DNA of 64,000 nucleotides, taken from positions 24,187-88,186 of IMG/VR virus record IMGVR_UViG_3300022660_000065. One strand, given 5' to 3'. The position numbers and the translations under genes are program-made. The stretch is from a virus (lineage: Duplodnaviria; Caudoviricetes). The notes under the pieces are model-generated. The model did not search any database, was not told the origin of the DNA, and saw nothing but the letters and a program-made list of their open reading frames with translations. Of this stretch, positions 1-10,330 are shown piece after piece. Position 1 is the first letter of the stretch, and every line of letters begins with the position of its first letter.

Positions 1-7
1 TGGCACT

Positions 8-1567
8 ATGGAATATCATGCTATTGGTGCTGACGGTAAGGCTTACGGTATAATCCGTGAGAATCAGAAATTCTATATAAAAACAGCTCCGAAACAACAC
101 GAAATGGTTGCAGAGGCTTATGATTATATAGGAGGTTTCAACAACAAGAAACAATATGAGTATACTATGCTCAGCGATGCTAAGAAAAATTTCGACATGA
201 AACTCATGGCAATCAAGGAATCTTATGCACCTAAAACAAATTTCTCTTTGTCAGATTTTGAGGTGAAAGGAGATGTCATGAGCGAGTGTGGTAAAAATAT
301 GATGAACGAAATTGCTCGTCAGCGGCAGATTATGAATAATGCTGCAGCAATCATGAACGAGGCATCAACAATAGGGTGTTCAAACACAGGAAATCCTGAA
401 GCCCCAAAAACAACATCTTTCAACGCTAAAGTTGGCGAACCATTCGAAGAGACTGCAACAGCAGAACTTGATAAGGATTTCAACAAGACAGCATCTGACC
501 CTGAGAAACAGGGTGAGCCATTCGGTGATAATGCAAAGACTGAGGAACCGAAAGATGCTGAATACGTACCAAGTGGGTCTGTAGCAAATCAGAAGCCAAA
601 GGGTGGTAAAGTTGTTAAGGTTGATGAGTCCACCATGAAAGTTTGGGAGATGATGGCAAAACTCGACAAGAATTTCAATATCAATGAGGCTTGTGAGGAG
701 TGGGGCTCATGTGGTCTTCCTTCTGATGAGGGTGTTGGTAGCCCTGAAGGACATCTTATGGAAGATGAGGAAATAGCAGGCCTTGATGATGAGGGAATGG
801 AATTTGCGGAAGATGAATTTGAATCTGTAGAGGAAGAGATGCCTGAAATAGAAGGTGAAGAAGTTCCTGAAGCAGAGGAAGAATTCGATGAAGATGAATT
901 TGATTTCGAAGAATTCGATGATGAGAATGCTGAAGGCGCAGAGCCTGAAGAGCCTGAAGAGGCTGAGGGTGCTGAAGAGGCTGAGGCAGACATGGAAAAC
1001 CCCGAATCAAGCGAACTTGACGAACTCCGTGCTGAAATAGAATCTCTTAAGGCACAGCTCGCAGAACTTAAAGGCGAGGAACCTGAAATGGGTGAAGAAC
1101 CGGTAGAAGATGACCTTGGAATTGAGGAACCTAATTTTGATGAAACTGAAATGGATGGCGCTGATGAATTTGCAGAAGAGCCTGAGATGGAAGACGAGCC
1201 TGCAGGTGAAGAAGTTGAAGAAACATTTGACCCTGAAATAGATGCTAACTATGAGGATGAACCTGATTTCGGACTTGATGAGGCGAGGAAGGCTGAACTT
1301 GAGTCGATAATCGAAGGACTTACTCAGAGATATCTTAACGAAGACAAACTTAATGTTTTTGGAAAACATCCGGGTTACAGAAAGAAGCCAATGACACTCC
1401 CTGCAACAGGTTCTGATGGTGACGAGAAAACAACTGATTGGAATGATGAGTCTGTTTATTCAGAACAGCCGTTCGGAGAGAAAATCGGAGACAGCGCACC
1501 ATTTGAAAAGGCTATCGAAAAAATTGTTGATAGCGTAATGGAAGGAATTACTAAAAAAAAAATCTAA
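8..1567 (+). CDS. Highly acidic putative prohead core/internal head protein (probably 5'-truncated by the window edge)
   Basis: 519-aa ORF with a very long E/D-rich central tract. The frame is open to the window edge upstream of the ATG. It lies upstream of protease/scaffold/MCP and shares a GDxAPFE motif with the scaffold. It ends on an A10 run (KKKI*). Confidence 0.6.
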   Translation: MEYHAIGADGKAYGIIRENQKFYIKTAPKQHEMVAEAYDYIGGFNNKKQYEYTMLSDAKKNFDMKLMAIKESYAPKTNFSLSDFEVKGDVMSECGKNMMNEIARQRQIMNNAAAIMNEASTIGCSNTGNPEAPKTTSFNAKVGEPFEETATAELDKDFNKTASDPEKQGEPFGDNAKTEEPKDAEYVPSGSVANQKPKGGKVVKVDESTMKVWEMMAKLDKNFNINEACEEWGSCGLPSDEGVGSPEGHLMEDEEIAGLDDEGMEFAEDEFESVEEEMPEIEGEEVPEAEEEFDEDEFDFEEFDDENAEGAEPEEPEEAEGAEEAEADMENPESSELDELRAEIESLKAQLAELKGEEPEMGEEPVEDDLGIEEPNFDETEMDGADEFAEEPEMEDEPAGEEVEETFDPEIDANYEDEPDFGLDEARKAELESIIEGLTQRYLNEDKLNVFGKHPGYRKKPMTLPATGSDGDEKTTDWNDESVYSEQPFGEKIGDSAPFEKAIEKIVDSVMEGITKKKI

Positions 1568-2061
1568 CTGAAAGCGATATCGAAGAAAGGAAAGTATTGA
1601 AAGTGGGCTCGAAAGAGAAAGCACCTGCAATGCCTGAAGTTCCTGAGATTCCTGAAGCACCTGCAGATGATATGGGGGAAGACCCTATGATGGGAGGACC
1701 TGAAATGCCTGCAGCGGAAGAGGAAATGCCTGAAGTACCTGAAGTTCCCGAAACAGAGGGGGATGATGACAGCACAATGTCAATTATTAACCAACTTTCT
1801 GACGAAGATAGGGAATCGGTACGTGCTTATGCTGAAAGCATGTTAAATAAAAGTGAGGGTGAAAATGAAGAAACACCTGAAGTTCCCGAGACAGAAGACA
1901 TTCCTCAGATGAATCCACAGGAAGGAAAACGTTTTACCAAGAAACAACTTAAAGAAGAGTTCGGTGTTAAACCTGAAGAGGATAGCGAAAAAAGAATGGT
2001 AAACAAAAAACGTACTGACATAAAAAAGGGGAATCCTTTCAATCCACCAAAATTTAACTAA
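1555..2061 (+). CDS. Pro/Glu-rich (PEVPE repeat) protein or frameshift extension of the preceding head protein
   Basis: The frame opens at 1555 inside the A10 run (KKNLTESDIEERKVLKVG...). Only weak starts are present (TTG 1597, ATG 1630). A terminator follows at 2066. Confidence 0.6.
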   Translation, partial: KKNLTESDIEERKVLKVGSKEKAPAMPEVPEIPEAPADDMGEDPMMGGPEMPAAEEEMPEVPEVPETEGDDDSTMSIINQLSDEDRESVRAYAESMLNKSEGENEETPEVPETEDIPQMNPQEGKRFTKKQLKEEFGVKPEEDSEKRMVNKKRTDIKKGNPFNPPKFN

Positions 2062-2065
2062 TATC

Positions 2066-2093
2066 AAGCCCACCAAACACGGTGGGCTTTTTT
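2066..2093 (+). terminator. Intrinsic terminator
   Basis: AAGCCCACC-loop-GGTGGGCTT followed by a T tract. Confidence 0.8.
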
Positions 2094-2103
2094 AATGATA
2101 TAA

Positions 2104-2112
2104 ACTATTTAT
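2104..2112 (+). promoter_or_regulatory. ACTATTTAT motif (putative late promoter), one of at least 14 exact copies
   Basis: 20 nt upstream of the ATG at 2132; the same motif precedes many structural genes on both strands. Confidence 0.6.
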
Positions 2113-2131
2113 ATGAATAAAAGGAAATGTT

Positions 2132-2455
2132 ATGGCTAAAACAATCTATATAACAGAAGCACAGTTAAATACGCTTAAAAAATATATTCAAGAAGAAGGA
2201 AACTCATTGGAGATTACTGTAACCCCTGATGAAGGTGAGACTGTGGATGATGCAATTGCAAATTCTAAGGAGAATATTGAACAGGTGGCAGGCTCTCAAG
2301 CCGCTGCTGATACCAAATTCACTTTAAAGGGTAATGCGTTCGAAGGAAAGACTTATACTAAAAAAGAGATTGAAAAAAGCCGTCTTCATAAGACATTGAA
2401 GGAAGGTAAAAAATATACAAAAGAAGAATTCACAAAACATATCCTTAACAAATGA
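2132..2455 (+). CDS. Hypothetical virion-associated protein with N-terminal leader (MAKTIYITEAQL)
   Basis: 107-aa ORF after ACTATTTAT; leader resembles those at 2452, 39437, 45454 and 47673. Confidence 0.6.
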   Translation: MAKTIYITEAQLNTLKKYIQEEGNSLEITVTPDEGETVDDAIANSKENIEQVAGSQAAADTKFTLKGNAFEGKTYTKKEIEKSRLHKTLKEGKKYTKEEFTKHILNK

Positions 2456-3630
2456 GTAAAACAATCATCATAAACGAAAAGATATTGAACTCCCCTTTAT
2501 TAAAGGAGGGGATTCTTCTTAATGAACTCCCTGATGATATCCGTCAACAATTAAAAAACAACGATACATCATTGGGCTCAAGCCCGGCATTTCCTGATGA
2601 ATATGGCGATTCTTTCGATACTAAACTCACATTGAAACGTTTCGAGGAAACTAAGAAAATGCTTGAACGTATTGGGAAAATTGAAGGATGTGACAGTATT
2701 GAAAATGCATTGCCAATGCTTATTGAAAAATGTAAGAAAATAGAAGAACCAATTAAGGCTAATCTCGAAAAAATTGCATATAATTTTATTGTGGAACATT
2801 TTAATGTCCCTGAAGGTTCCATTAATTTTTCCACAGAACTTAAAGATAATCTTGAAGGCATTGGTATGAACGTAAGGGTTCAATCAGAGGATACTGATTT
2901 CGAGTTTGAAAATTCCGTTCATAAAAAAGAACTTAATGACGATATTAGAAAACGCAGGGTTATCAATGCACTCATGACCGGTGCGGCATTGAGGATATCT
3001 TCAAATATTAAACTGTACATCGCCGAGATATATGATTTGGAACCCAAACTCCCTGACTTATATCGAAAGATATTGGCATTGAATGATTATCTTCTTTTTA
3101 CTAACATAAATGATGTACCTGAGGATAAAACAAATCAATTAGGTATGTCTAAAATAACAATTGGTAATGAAGAGACGAAATCAGAGGTTGTTGTTGAGGC
3201 TTGCATTTTTCCAATTCTTATATATGAAGAGGTGAGAGCATTTTTAGAACTTTCTGCAGCACATGGTCTTCCAATGAAAAAAGAAGAAGCGAATTATGTT
3301 ATGTCCAAAGCAGATTATCTTCAGGCAGAACCTTGGGATATGAGGCTCGGTCCTGCCATGTGGGATAAATTGTCTGATATGATGGGTGATGTTGATTCCA
3401 AACTAATTCCTTATGTTTTTATGGAAATCTGTAAGTTAAAACCATCTAAATTCAACCTTCTTATGCAGGAAGTGCTTAGTGGAACAAAGAAAGGACATAG
3501 GGTTATACAAAATATTGTACAATATTGCACCGAAAATTACGAATACGATGATTTTCAAAATCGCATGAAAAAAATGAATGCTGATATTGCAATAATCAAC
3601 GATGAATATATAAGGCCTGAGGAGTTATAG
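2452..3630 (+). CDS. Hypothetical protein of the head gene cluster
   Basis: 392-aa ORF with ATGA overlap to the upstream gene; leader MSKTIIINEKIL...LLKE. Confidence 0.65.
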   Translation: MSKTIIINEKILNSPLLKEGILLNELPDDIRQQLKNNDTSLGSSPAFPDEYGDSFDTKLTLKRFEETKKMLERIGKIEGCDSIENALPMLIEKCKKIEEPIKANLEKIAYNFIVEHFNVPEGSINFSTELKDNLEGIGMNVRVQSEDTDFEFENSVHKKELNDDIRKRRVINALMTGAALRISSNIKLYIAEIYDLEPKLPDLYRKILALNDYLLFTNINDVPEDKTNQLGMSKITIGNEETKSEVVVEACIFPILIYEEVRAFLELSAAHGLPMKKEEANYVMSKADYLQAEPWDMRLGPAMWDKLSDMMGDVDSKLIPYVFMEICKLKPSKFNLLMQEVLSGTKKGHRVIQNIVQYCTENYEYDDFQNRMKKMNADIAIINDEYIRPEEL

Positions 3631-3681
3631 TTTTGTACATTAAAAACTATTTATCTACTAGACATTAAAACATTTAAAATC

Positions 3682-4410
3682 ATGTTGAAATCAAATCTTA
3701 CTGAGATAACAAAAAATAAAGTTGGAACCGGTCTTCTTTTGGAAAACGATGGCTACATTTCAATGTCTGAAGGAGAGAATAAAAAACTATTCGAATCTGT
3801 TAAGAAGATAAATGAGGGACTTAATGACGGTGAGTTTTACTGCCCTTATCCTTTTGTCGTACATGCTGTGTTCCAAAAATTTGGTATTGAAAACGCTAAC
3901 GGGCGTATATATCCGGAAGATGTACTTAAAAAGCAAGTGGCGATATATCAGCAAAAGATAAACGAGAAACGCGCTTATGGGGAAACAAATCATCCGGATT
4001 CAAGAACATCAGTAAATCTTGACCTTGTTTCAATGAATATCCTTGAACTTCATTGGGAAGGACAGACACTTGTCGGACAACTTGAAGTAATCACAACACC
4101 GGGTTTTAGAAAGTATGGTATCGCAAGTTCAACAGGAGACCTTACAGCAAATTTACTTCTTCAGGGCCTTAAAATAGGCGTGTCTTCAAGAGGTGTTGGT
4201 TCTGTTGAACATAAATTTGGAAAGTACATAGTGGGGGACGATTATGAAATCATTTGTTGGGATTATGTTAGTGACCCAAGCACCAGAAATGCATGGGTTG
4301 ACATCGAAAAAGAAAAATTAACCCCATATCTTGAAAATACGGAAAATAAAAAACCAATTCTTTCAGAGAATACAAAATTGGATAAATTTAGTAAATGGTT
4401 GAATGATTAA
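3682..4410 (+). CDS. gp21: Prohead core protease (T4 gp21-like)
   Basis: GETNHP, GVSSRGVGS and WDYVSDPS motifs typical of gp21 proteases; position upstream of scaffold and MCP. Confidence 0.92.
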   Translation: MLKSNLTEITKNKVGTGLLLENDGYISMSEGENKKLFESVKKINEGLNDGEFYCPYPFVVHAVFQKFGIENANGRIYPEDVLKKQVAIYQQKINEKRAYGETNHPDSRTSVNLDLVSMNILELHWEGQTLVGQLEVITTPGFRKYGIASSTGDLTANLLLQGLKIGVSSRGVGSVEHKFGKYIVGDDYEIICWDYVSDPSTRNAWVDIEKEKLTPYLENTENKKPILSENTKLDKFSKWLND

Positions 4411-4510
4411 TTAATTCATTTATTTCTATCTAAATTGTTCGTTTTTAGATATTTTCTGAAAATATATGATATTTATTTTAAAAATAATGTAAAAAATTGC
4501 TTGTTTTCTA

Positions 4511-5923
4511 ATGAGTACAACTAATAAAAATAACAAAAAGACAGTTTCAGAGGCTCTCCTTGAAATGGATAAGGTGTCCAAAGCCCTCAAGGAAGAAAGC
4601 AAGGCTACTCTGTCTTCACTTCTCTCAGAGGCAATCAAAGAATATCTTAATGAAGAGATTGGTGCTGATGATGAGGAAGAGAAGGATGATGAATATTCAA
4701 TCGAAGATGACGCTGCTGAGAATGAGAATGATGCTGACGAAACCACAGTAGATGATGAGGGTGCTGAAGAGGAAATACCTGCTGAGGAACCTGAGGCTAA
4801 TGCTGAGGACCTGAATGAACCTGAGGAAGGTGATGGTGAAGAATGGTCAGGACTTGACGACTTCAAAGTAGATGATGAAACATACGATTTGACTACCGGC
4901 GAGAAAGGCGATGAAACACTCGTAAAGGTTTATAAACTCCTTAAGGATACAGACCAAGTAGTTGTCAAACAAGAGGGTGACAGCGTATCATTGAAGGATA
5001 ATGAAACTGGTGCTGAGTATGTCATAAAGACCGGATGCGAAGAAGAGGCTCCTGTCGCTGAAGAAAACGAATTTGAGTTTGAATTTGATGACGAGGAAGA
5101 GACTCCTGAAGCAGAAGGCGAATTTAATAACGACGAAGAAGACGAAAAAGTAATGGAAGGAAAAGAAATGGTATACGAGATTGACCTCGGATACACAGAC
5201 AACTACCAAGATAAGGACCCAATTCAAGGACTTAGCAACAACGAGCCTTCTAAGTCGGGAAAATCTTGGCACAAAGGCGTTCCAACAGGAACTGAAAAAC
5301 CTTGGGCTTCTAAAGGTGATGATGCACCGTTTGAGGAAAAAGCCGCATGTAATGAAGAGGAATTGCTCACCGACATCGCTGCAGATGATATTGCAAGCGG
5401 AGAGGAGATGCCTGTAGAGGAAGGAACTAATGTAACCCTCCCTAACAGAAGAAAAAAAAGCAAGAGCCATTCAATGCAGCAGAAGGATTATCCAAAGGTT
5501 GCACATCATGATTCACAGAACGGAGACTATAAGGCTCTTGAGGAAATGGTGAAGAAACTTCAGAAGGAAAACAAGGAAATGAAGGCTATGATTCCTCAGA
5601 TTAAGAAAGCGATGAATGAAAGTGTTCTTGTTAACTACAAACTTGGACGAATCGTTAAACTTATTTCTGAGAACGCAACAACAAGAAAAGAAAAGATTGA
5701 TATCATCAATCGTTTCAATGAAAATGCTAAATCAATCAGCGAAACAAAGAGCCTCTACGAATCAATCAAGAGAGAACTTAACGCTTCAGCAAATTCAAAG
5801 AAACCTGTTCTTGAAAACAACGGAATCAAGGCTGAAAAACCACAGGTCGTTGAAACAACAGTATATCAGTCGAACGACCTTAAGGAAATGCTTGACTTCA
5901 TGAAGAGAATGGAGAAATGCTAA
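4511..5923 (+). CDS. Prohead core scaffold protein (gp22-like)
   Basis: Acidic 470-aa ORF with a C-terminal coiled coil, between protease and MCP as in T4 (21-22-23). Confidence 0.75.
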   Translation: MSTTNKNNKKTVSEALLEMDKVSKALKEESKATLSSLLSEAIKEYLNEEIGADDEEEKDDEYSIEDDAAENENDADETTVDDEGAEEEIPAEEPEANAEDLNEPEEGDGEEWSGLDDFKVDDETYDLTTGEKGDETLVKVYKLLKDTDQVVVKQEGDSVSLKDNETGAEYVIKTGCEEEAPVAEENEFEFEFDDEEETPEAEGEFNNDEEDEKVMEGKEMVYEIDLGYTDNYQDKDPIQGLSNNEPSKSGKSWHKGVPTGTEKPWASKGDDAPFEEKAACNEEELLTDIAADDIASGEEMPVEEGTNVTLPNRRKKSKSHSMQQKDYPKVAHHDSQNGDYKALEEMVKKLQKENKEMKAMIPQIKKAMNESVLVNYKLGRIVKLISENATTRKEKIDIINRFNENAKSISETKSLYESIKRELNASANSKKPVLENNGIKAEKPQVVETTVYQSNDLKEMLDFMKRMEKC

Positions 5924-5970
5924 TCCTTAAAAAACAAATAAATAAGAATAAACAACATTAGAACATAATT

Positions 5971-7791
5971 ATGGCTAACGAATTTTTAAGAAGTGGTCAG
6001 TTCGAAAGCATTGAACTGAACGAACAGAAGAAAGTTAGAGGAATGATTAACGAGCGTTGGGACAAGCTCGGACTTACTGCAGGTCTCGACGGATATATCA
6101 AAGATAATATCGCAGCCCTCTACGAGAATGAGGTTAAATACCTCCTTAATGAAGCAACTGCTTCTGACAACAGCGGCTCATTCGAGACTGTTGTATTCCC
6201 TATCATCCGCCGTGTATTCAGCAAGCTCCTTGCTAACGACCTCGTGTCAGTACAGGCAATGAACCTTCCTATCGGAAAACTTTTCTTCATCCTCCCTGTA
6301 ACTTCAGAGCGTCAGTGGAGCGCAGAGGAAATGGCTGATGGTGTAACAGGTTCACACTACGGACTTATGGGTTATGAAAGAACTGACCGTAAGGATGGTT
6401 CACAGCACAACCGCTTCTATCTTCCTGATGAGGCTGTTAACGGTGTTGACAGAACTAACCCTGAGGTAACTCAGTACATGGAGAAGTCTCTTTATGACCT
6501 TTTCTACAACGATTTCCTTTATGATAACTCTAAGGGTAAAATCACTATCAAGGTTTCTGATAAGGTAACTCCTAAGAAATGGGATAAGGGTGTCCTCGCT
6601 GATGCTGCTGAAGATTTCTCAGATGTTCCTGTATTCGGTCTTGACGGTACTGTACGTAACGTAATCCTTGAGGTAGGTGGTTTCGCATCTTACAACGCAG
6701 GTAAACTTACAGGTCCTGACGGAAACGAAATGGATACTGAGGCATTCCTCGCATCTCTTAAGGTTATCGCTCCTGCTATCGACGGTGGTGAGAACGCTTC
6801 TTCTTTCGCAGAAGGTGAGTCTCTTCAGTTCCGCGTTGTAACTCAGAAGTATGGTAAGGGCATCGTAGAGTATGGCAACCCTTGCTCTGCAGAAGGTAAG
6901 ATTCTCCTTGAGGTTGACCTTTCTAAGCCAGTTATCAAGCAGCAGGCAACTGTTGACGGTTATGTAGGTGTTCCTGCAGCAGCTCTCGCAGGTAAGAAGT
7001 TCCAGGTTGCTTGGGCTCAGTACGATTCACTCGAACTTGAGACTGAGATTGGTGAGGTTTCTTTCAAACTCGATTCAGTAACTGTATCAGTTGAGGAACG
7101 CAAACTTCGTGCTACTTGGTCTCCTGAACTCGCACAGGACGTTGCAGCATTCCATAACATCGACGCTGAGGCTGAGCTTACCGCTATCCTCTCAGAGCAG
7201 ATTGCAGCAGAGATTGACCGTGAGATTCTCCGTGACCTCCGTAAACTCGCTCCATGGCAGGCTCGTTTCGATGTAAACGGTTGGAGACGTATGGCAGGTT
7301 ATTCAACTAACTATACTCAGAAAGACTGGAATCAGGAACTTATCACTAAGGTAAATCAGATTTCTGCTCAGATTCAGAAGTCAACTCTCCGTGGTGGTGC
7401 TAACTGGCTCGTAGTTTCTTCAGAGATTAATGCTCTCCTTAACAACCTTGAGTATTTCCACGTAACTGACGCTTCAGCTGAGTCTGATACTTATAACATG
7501 GGTATCGAGCGCGTTGGTTCACTTCAGGGACGTTATCAGGTATATGTTGACCCATATGCTCCATCTTATTCACTTATCATGGGACACAAGGGTAAGTCAC
7601 TCCTTGACACAGGATACATCTATGCACCATACGTGCCAATGCAGTTGACTCCAACAATGTATAATCCTTTCAACTTTGCACCTGTTAAGGGAATCATGAC
7701 GAGGTACGCAAAGAAATGTGTTAACAACAAATTTTATGGAGGCATAAAGGTCGATGGCCTTGTAACATGGAACATTAACGAACTTCGCTAA
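5971..7791 (+). CDS. gp23: Major capsid protein (T4 gp23-like, with an insertion domain)
   Basis: VSVQAMNLPIGKLFF, RKLRATWSPELAQD, AEAELTAILSEQIAAEIDREI, YIYAPYVP and GIMTRYA motifs; strongly biased codon usage. Confidence 0.97.
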   Translation: MANEFLRSGQFESIELNEQKKVRGMINERWDKLGLTAGLDGYIKDNIAALYENEVKYLLNEATASDNSGSFETVVFPIIRRVFSKLLANDLVSVQAMNLPIGKLFFILPVTSERQWSAEEMADGVTGSHYGLMGYERTDRKDGSQHNRFYLPDEAVNGVDRTNPEVTQYMEKSLYDLFYNDFLYDNSKGKITIKVSDKVTPKKWDKGVLADAAEDFSDVPVFGLDGTVRNVILEVGGFASYNAGKLTGPDGNEMDTEAFLASLKVIAPAIDGGENASSFAEGESLQFRVVTQKYGKGIVEYGNPCSAEGKILLEVDLSKPVIKQQATVDGYVGVPAAALAGKKFQVAWAQYDSLELETEIGEVSFKLDSVTVSVEERKLRATWSPELAQDVAAFHNIDAEAELTAILSEQIAAEIDREILRDLRKLAPWQARFDVNGWRRMAGYSTNYTQKDWNQELITKVNQISAQIQKSTLRGGANWLVVSSEINALLNNLEYFHVTDASAESDTYNMGIERVGSLQGRYQVYVDPYAPSYSLIMGHKGKSLLDTGYIYAPYVPMQLTPTMYNPFNFAPVKGIMTRYAKKCVNNKFYGGIKVDGLVTWNINELR

Positions 7792-7820
7792 TCTAACTTG
7801 CTGAAAAGCAACTACTTATA

Positions 7821-7855
7821 TAAAGGCTGTGAAATTAATCACAGCCTTTATTTTT
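7821..7855 (+). terminator. Intrinsic terminator after MCP
   Basis: TAAAGGCTGTGA-AATTAA-TCACAGCCTTTA plus T tract. Confidence 0.85.
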
Positions 7856-7988
7856 GTATATTTTAATCCATTTAATTTTGTTTTTAATTGACGTTTTAGT
7901 GAACATTTCGTGTTATTTACCGATTTTTTGTTGTTTTAGTGAATAATTATTTGTATATTTACAAAAATAATAAATAAAAAATGTTTTT

Positions 7989-9893
7989 ATGAGAGAATTT
8001 ACCAATGAAGAAATAACTTCAATAATTGAAGATTATTCTAACAAAATTAGCACTGTTAAAATTTCTAAAAAGTTTAGAACATCACCACAAAAAATAAAAA
8101 ACATATTAATGGATAACGGAATTGACATTCATGACCCATCTAAAACCGTAGGATTCACCCGTAAACCAAATAACTATTGGGAGAATAGGGATAATATATC
8201 CGAGGCTATGAAAAAATGTAAAACAAGAAGAGAGTTTTCACAAAAATATAGTCGTGCTTATTCTATTGCAAGAGAGAAAGGATGGTATGAAGAAATGGCA
8301 AATCTTTATTTTAATAAAGAGGATTCATTTAACAATTATACTGCCAAAATTCATATGGTTTATGCTTATGAATTTAAAGAATTAAACCATGTTTATGTGG
8401 GGAGAACATTGGATTTGAAGAGGAGACACCGTGAACATAGTAAAGATGAGAAAGATGGCGTTTTTAAATTTGCAAAAGATAATGGATGTAATATACCAAA
8501 TGTTAGAATATTAGAAAAAGATTTAACAGCAGAAGAAAGTCAAATACAAGAAAATTTTTGGATTGAAGATTATTTAAGGCATAAATGGTTAATAATTAAT
8601 AAATCATCAACAGGTATTAATAAAAGTTCATTGGGCGGTTCATTTAGAAAATGGAATTACGAAAAATGTAAGATAGCAGCCTCCAAATGCACAAGTAAAG
8701 AAGATTTTAAAAATAAATTTGTTGGCGCATATAATATTTCACGAAAATATGGGTGGATTTATGATTTTTTCGATTTTAACTTAAAAAAAGAAAACGGTTG
8801 TTTTAATACATTTGAACAATGTATTAATGAAATCAAAAAATATAAAACTCTTGGGGGAATCAGAAAAAATTATCCATTTTTATATCATAAAATATGTAAA
8901 AACAAATGGAATGATAAAGTTAGAGATATTTTGGGATATACCCCTAAACAGGTTTCAAAAAAAGTATATAAATTAAAAGATAAAGCAATAAAGGAAGAAT
9001 ATAAATTGTTGGATGTAAATACAAAAAATCTAAGTAATAAAGAACTCATTTTTTATTATATGATATATGCCCCATCAGTCAATATTTACCCTAAAATTTT
9101 GAATATAAGCAAATATGGGGAAAAAACTATTTTTGTGATAGAAGATAAAAAAATCGCATTCGTTGTTATTGGTGTTAATAACTATAGAAACAAAAAAATA
9201 AATATTGAAAATACATACGGATATTCAGTACATGTTATATATGATTGTGAAATAAACCCCATGGATTTCAAATTAGAAAATAAAATTGATTCCATTTTAA
9301 ACATTAGGCGAGAACTTGGATGTATTACTTTAAATGCAAGAGATTGTAAAGTTGGAGAAATTTGTTCTCAATGCGCCAACGAATTTTTAAATACTAATCA
9401 TATACAAGGTGAATGTAGTTCCACAATTTATTTGGGTGCAACATATGATAACATTTTAGTTGGCGTCATGACTTTTAAGAATGGTTCTTTAACTAATAAA
9501 GGATGGGAGTTAAATAGATTTGCAACAGATTTCCATTTTATAGTGAGAGGCTTGGGTAGTAAGATGTTTAAATATTTCATAAACCACTATAATGTTGATA
9601 GTGTAATATCATTTGCTGATAGAAGGTGGACATCTTCATTAAATAATGTTTACACCAAAATGGGGTTTGAATTCTGTCATATTACACCACCTTCATATAA
9701 ATATCTATCCGTAGATACATCTGACTCCAAATTGTATAATAAATTTGGGTTTAGGAAACAAACGTTACTTAGAAAACATCCCGGCTTTCTAACCCCTGAA
9801 ATGACAGAAACGGAAATGGCTAAGAAACTTGGTTACGATAAAATATGGGATTGCGGACTCATAAAGTATATATGGAAAAAACCTGAGGAATAA
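7989..9893 (+). CDS. Free-standing homing endonuclease-like protein (GIY-YIG domain plus Hef-like C-terminus)
   Basis: VYAYEF..VYVGRT..KRRHREH (GIY-YIG-like). C-terminal NHIQG/WELNRFA/SFADRRW/IWDCG block shared with 53124 and 55845. Lower GC than the flanking genes; inserted directly after MCP. Confidence 0.75.
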   Translation: MREFTNEEITSIIEDYSNKISTVKISKKFRTSPQKIKNILMDNGIDIHDPSKTVGFTRKPNNYWENRDNISEAMKKCKTRREFSQKYSRAYSIAREKGWYEEMANLYFNKEDSFNNYTAKIHMVYAYEFKELNHVYVGRTLDLKRRHREHSKDEKDGVFKFAKDNGCNIPNVRILEKDLTAEESQIQENFWIEDYLRHKWLIINKSSTGINKSSLGGSFRKWNYEKCKIAASKCTSKEDFKNKFVGAYNISRKYGWIYDFFDFNLKKENGCFNTFEQCINEIKKYKTLGGIRKNYPFLYHKICKNKWNDKVRDILGYTPKQVSKKVYKLKDKAIKEEYKLLDVNTKNLSNKELIFYYMIYAPSVNIYPKILNISKYGEKTIFVIEDKKIAFVVIGVNNYRNKKINIENTYGYSVHVIYDCEINPMDFKLENKIDSILNIRRELGCITLNARDCKVGEICSQCANEFLNTNHIQGECSSTIYLGATYDNILVGVMTFKNGSLTNKGWELNRFATDFHFIVRGLGSKMFKYFINHYNVDSVISFADRRWTSSLNNVYTKMGFEFCHITPPSYKYLSVDTSDSKLYNKFGFRKQTLLRKHPGFLTPEMTETEMAKKLGYDKIWDCGLIKYIWKKPEE

Positions 9894-9905
9894 ACCTCAG
9901 GTTTT
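9878..9905. terminator. Bidirectional terminator between convergent genes
   Basis: AAAACCTGAGG-AATAAA-CCTCAGGTTTT. Confidence 0.75.
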
Positions 9906-10030
9906 CATTTTTTTTACATTATACACGAAATCGTGAACAGAGTGAGCGTTTTGCTGATATGTTCTGTAAGTCCATCTGCATTGTATCCTATGCTGATGTA
10001 AAGGTAGTTAAACAGAGCATTGCTGCTTAA

Positions 10031-10309
10031 TTACCATCGTTTGGAATCAATTTGCTTCATAAAATTTGAAAGGAATTGTCTGTATTTTAGGGACACATCA
10101 CCAAGATTATCAAGTTGCTCTTGAGGGATAACATCCAAATAGTCGTTTATTAAATAACGTGTAATTCTATTAATTTCAGTTAATTCATTCTGTACACCAG
10201 TATTCCCCCATGGCATATACTCTTCACTTTCTTTCAATACTTTCTTTACTGATTCAGAAATAACTTTTTTCAAGTCAGATTCTGTTAATCTTATTGTGTT
10301 TTTCTTCAT
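10031..10309 (-). CDS. Small hypothetical protein with putative capsid-targeting leader
   Basis: Starts MKKNTIRLTESDLKKVISESVKKVLKE. Confidence 0.65.
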   Translation of the reverse strand: MKKNTIRLTESDLKKVISESVKKVLKESEEYMPWGNTGVQNELTEINRITRYLINDYLDVIPQEQLDNLGDVSLKYRQFLSNFMKQIDSKRW

Positions 10310-10330
10310 ATTTCACTATTTTCATATTTT

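Noticed and set aside
1624-1900. PEVPE DNA repeats as a mobile or regulatory repeat
   Set aside because: They are in-frame low-complexity coding repeats
589-5470. Ser/Phe-rich antisense ORFs (589-993, 1551-1775, 4426-4866, 4930-5202, etc.)
   Set aside because: They are shadows of the Glu/Asp-rich sense genes; the same applies to most short overlapping ORFs in the track
9906-10030. Possible small ORF, readthrough extension or ncRNA after the 10031 gene
   Set aside because: The minus frame stays open 38 codons past the stop, but there is no recognisable motif, start context or stable structure
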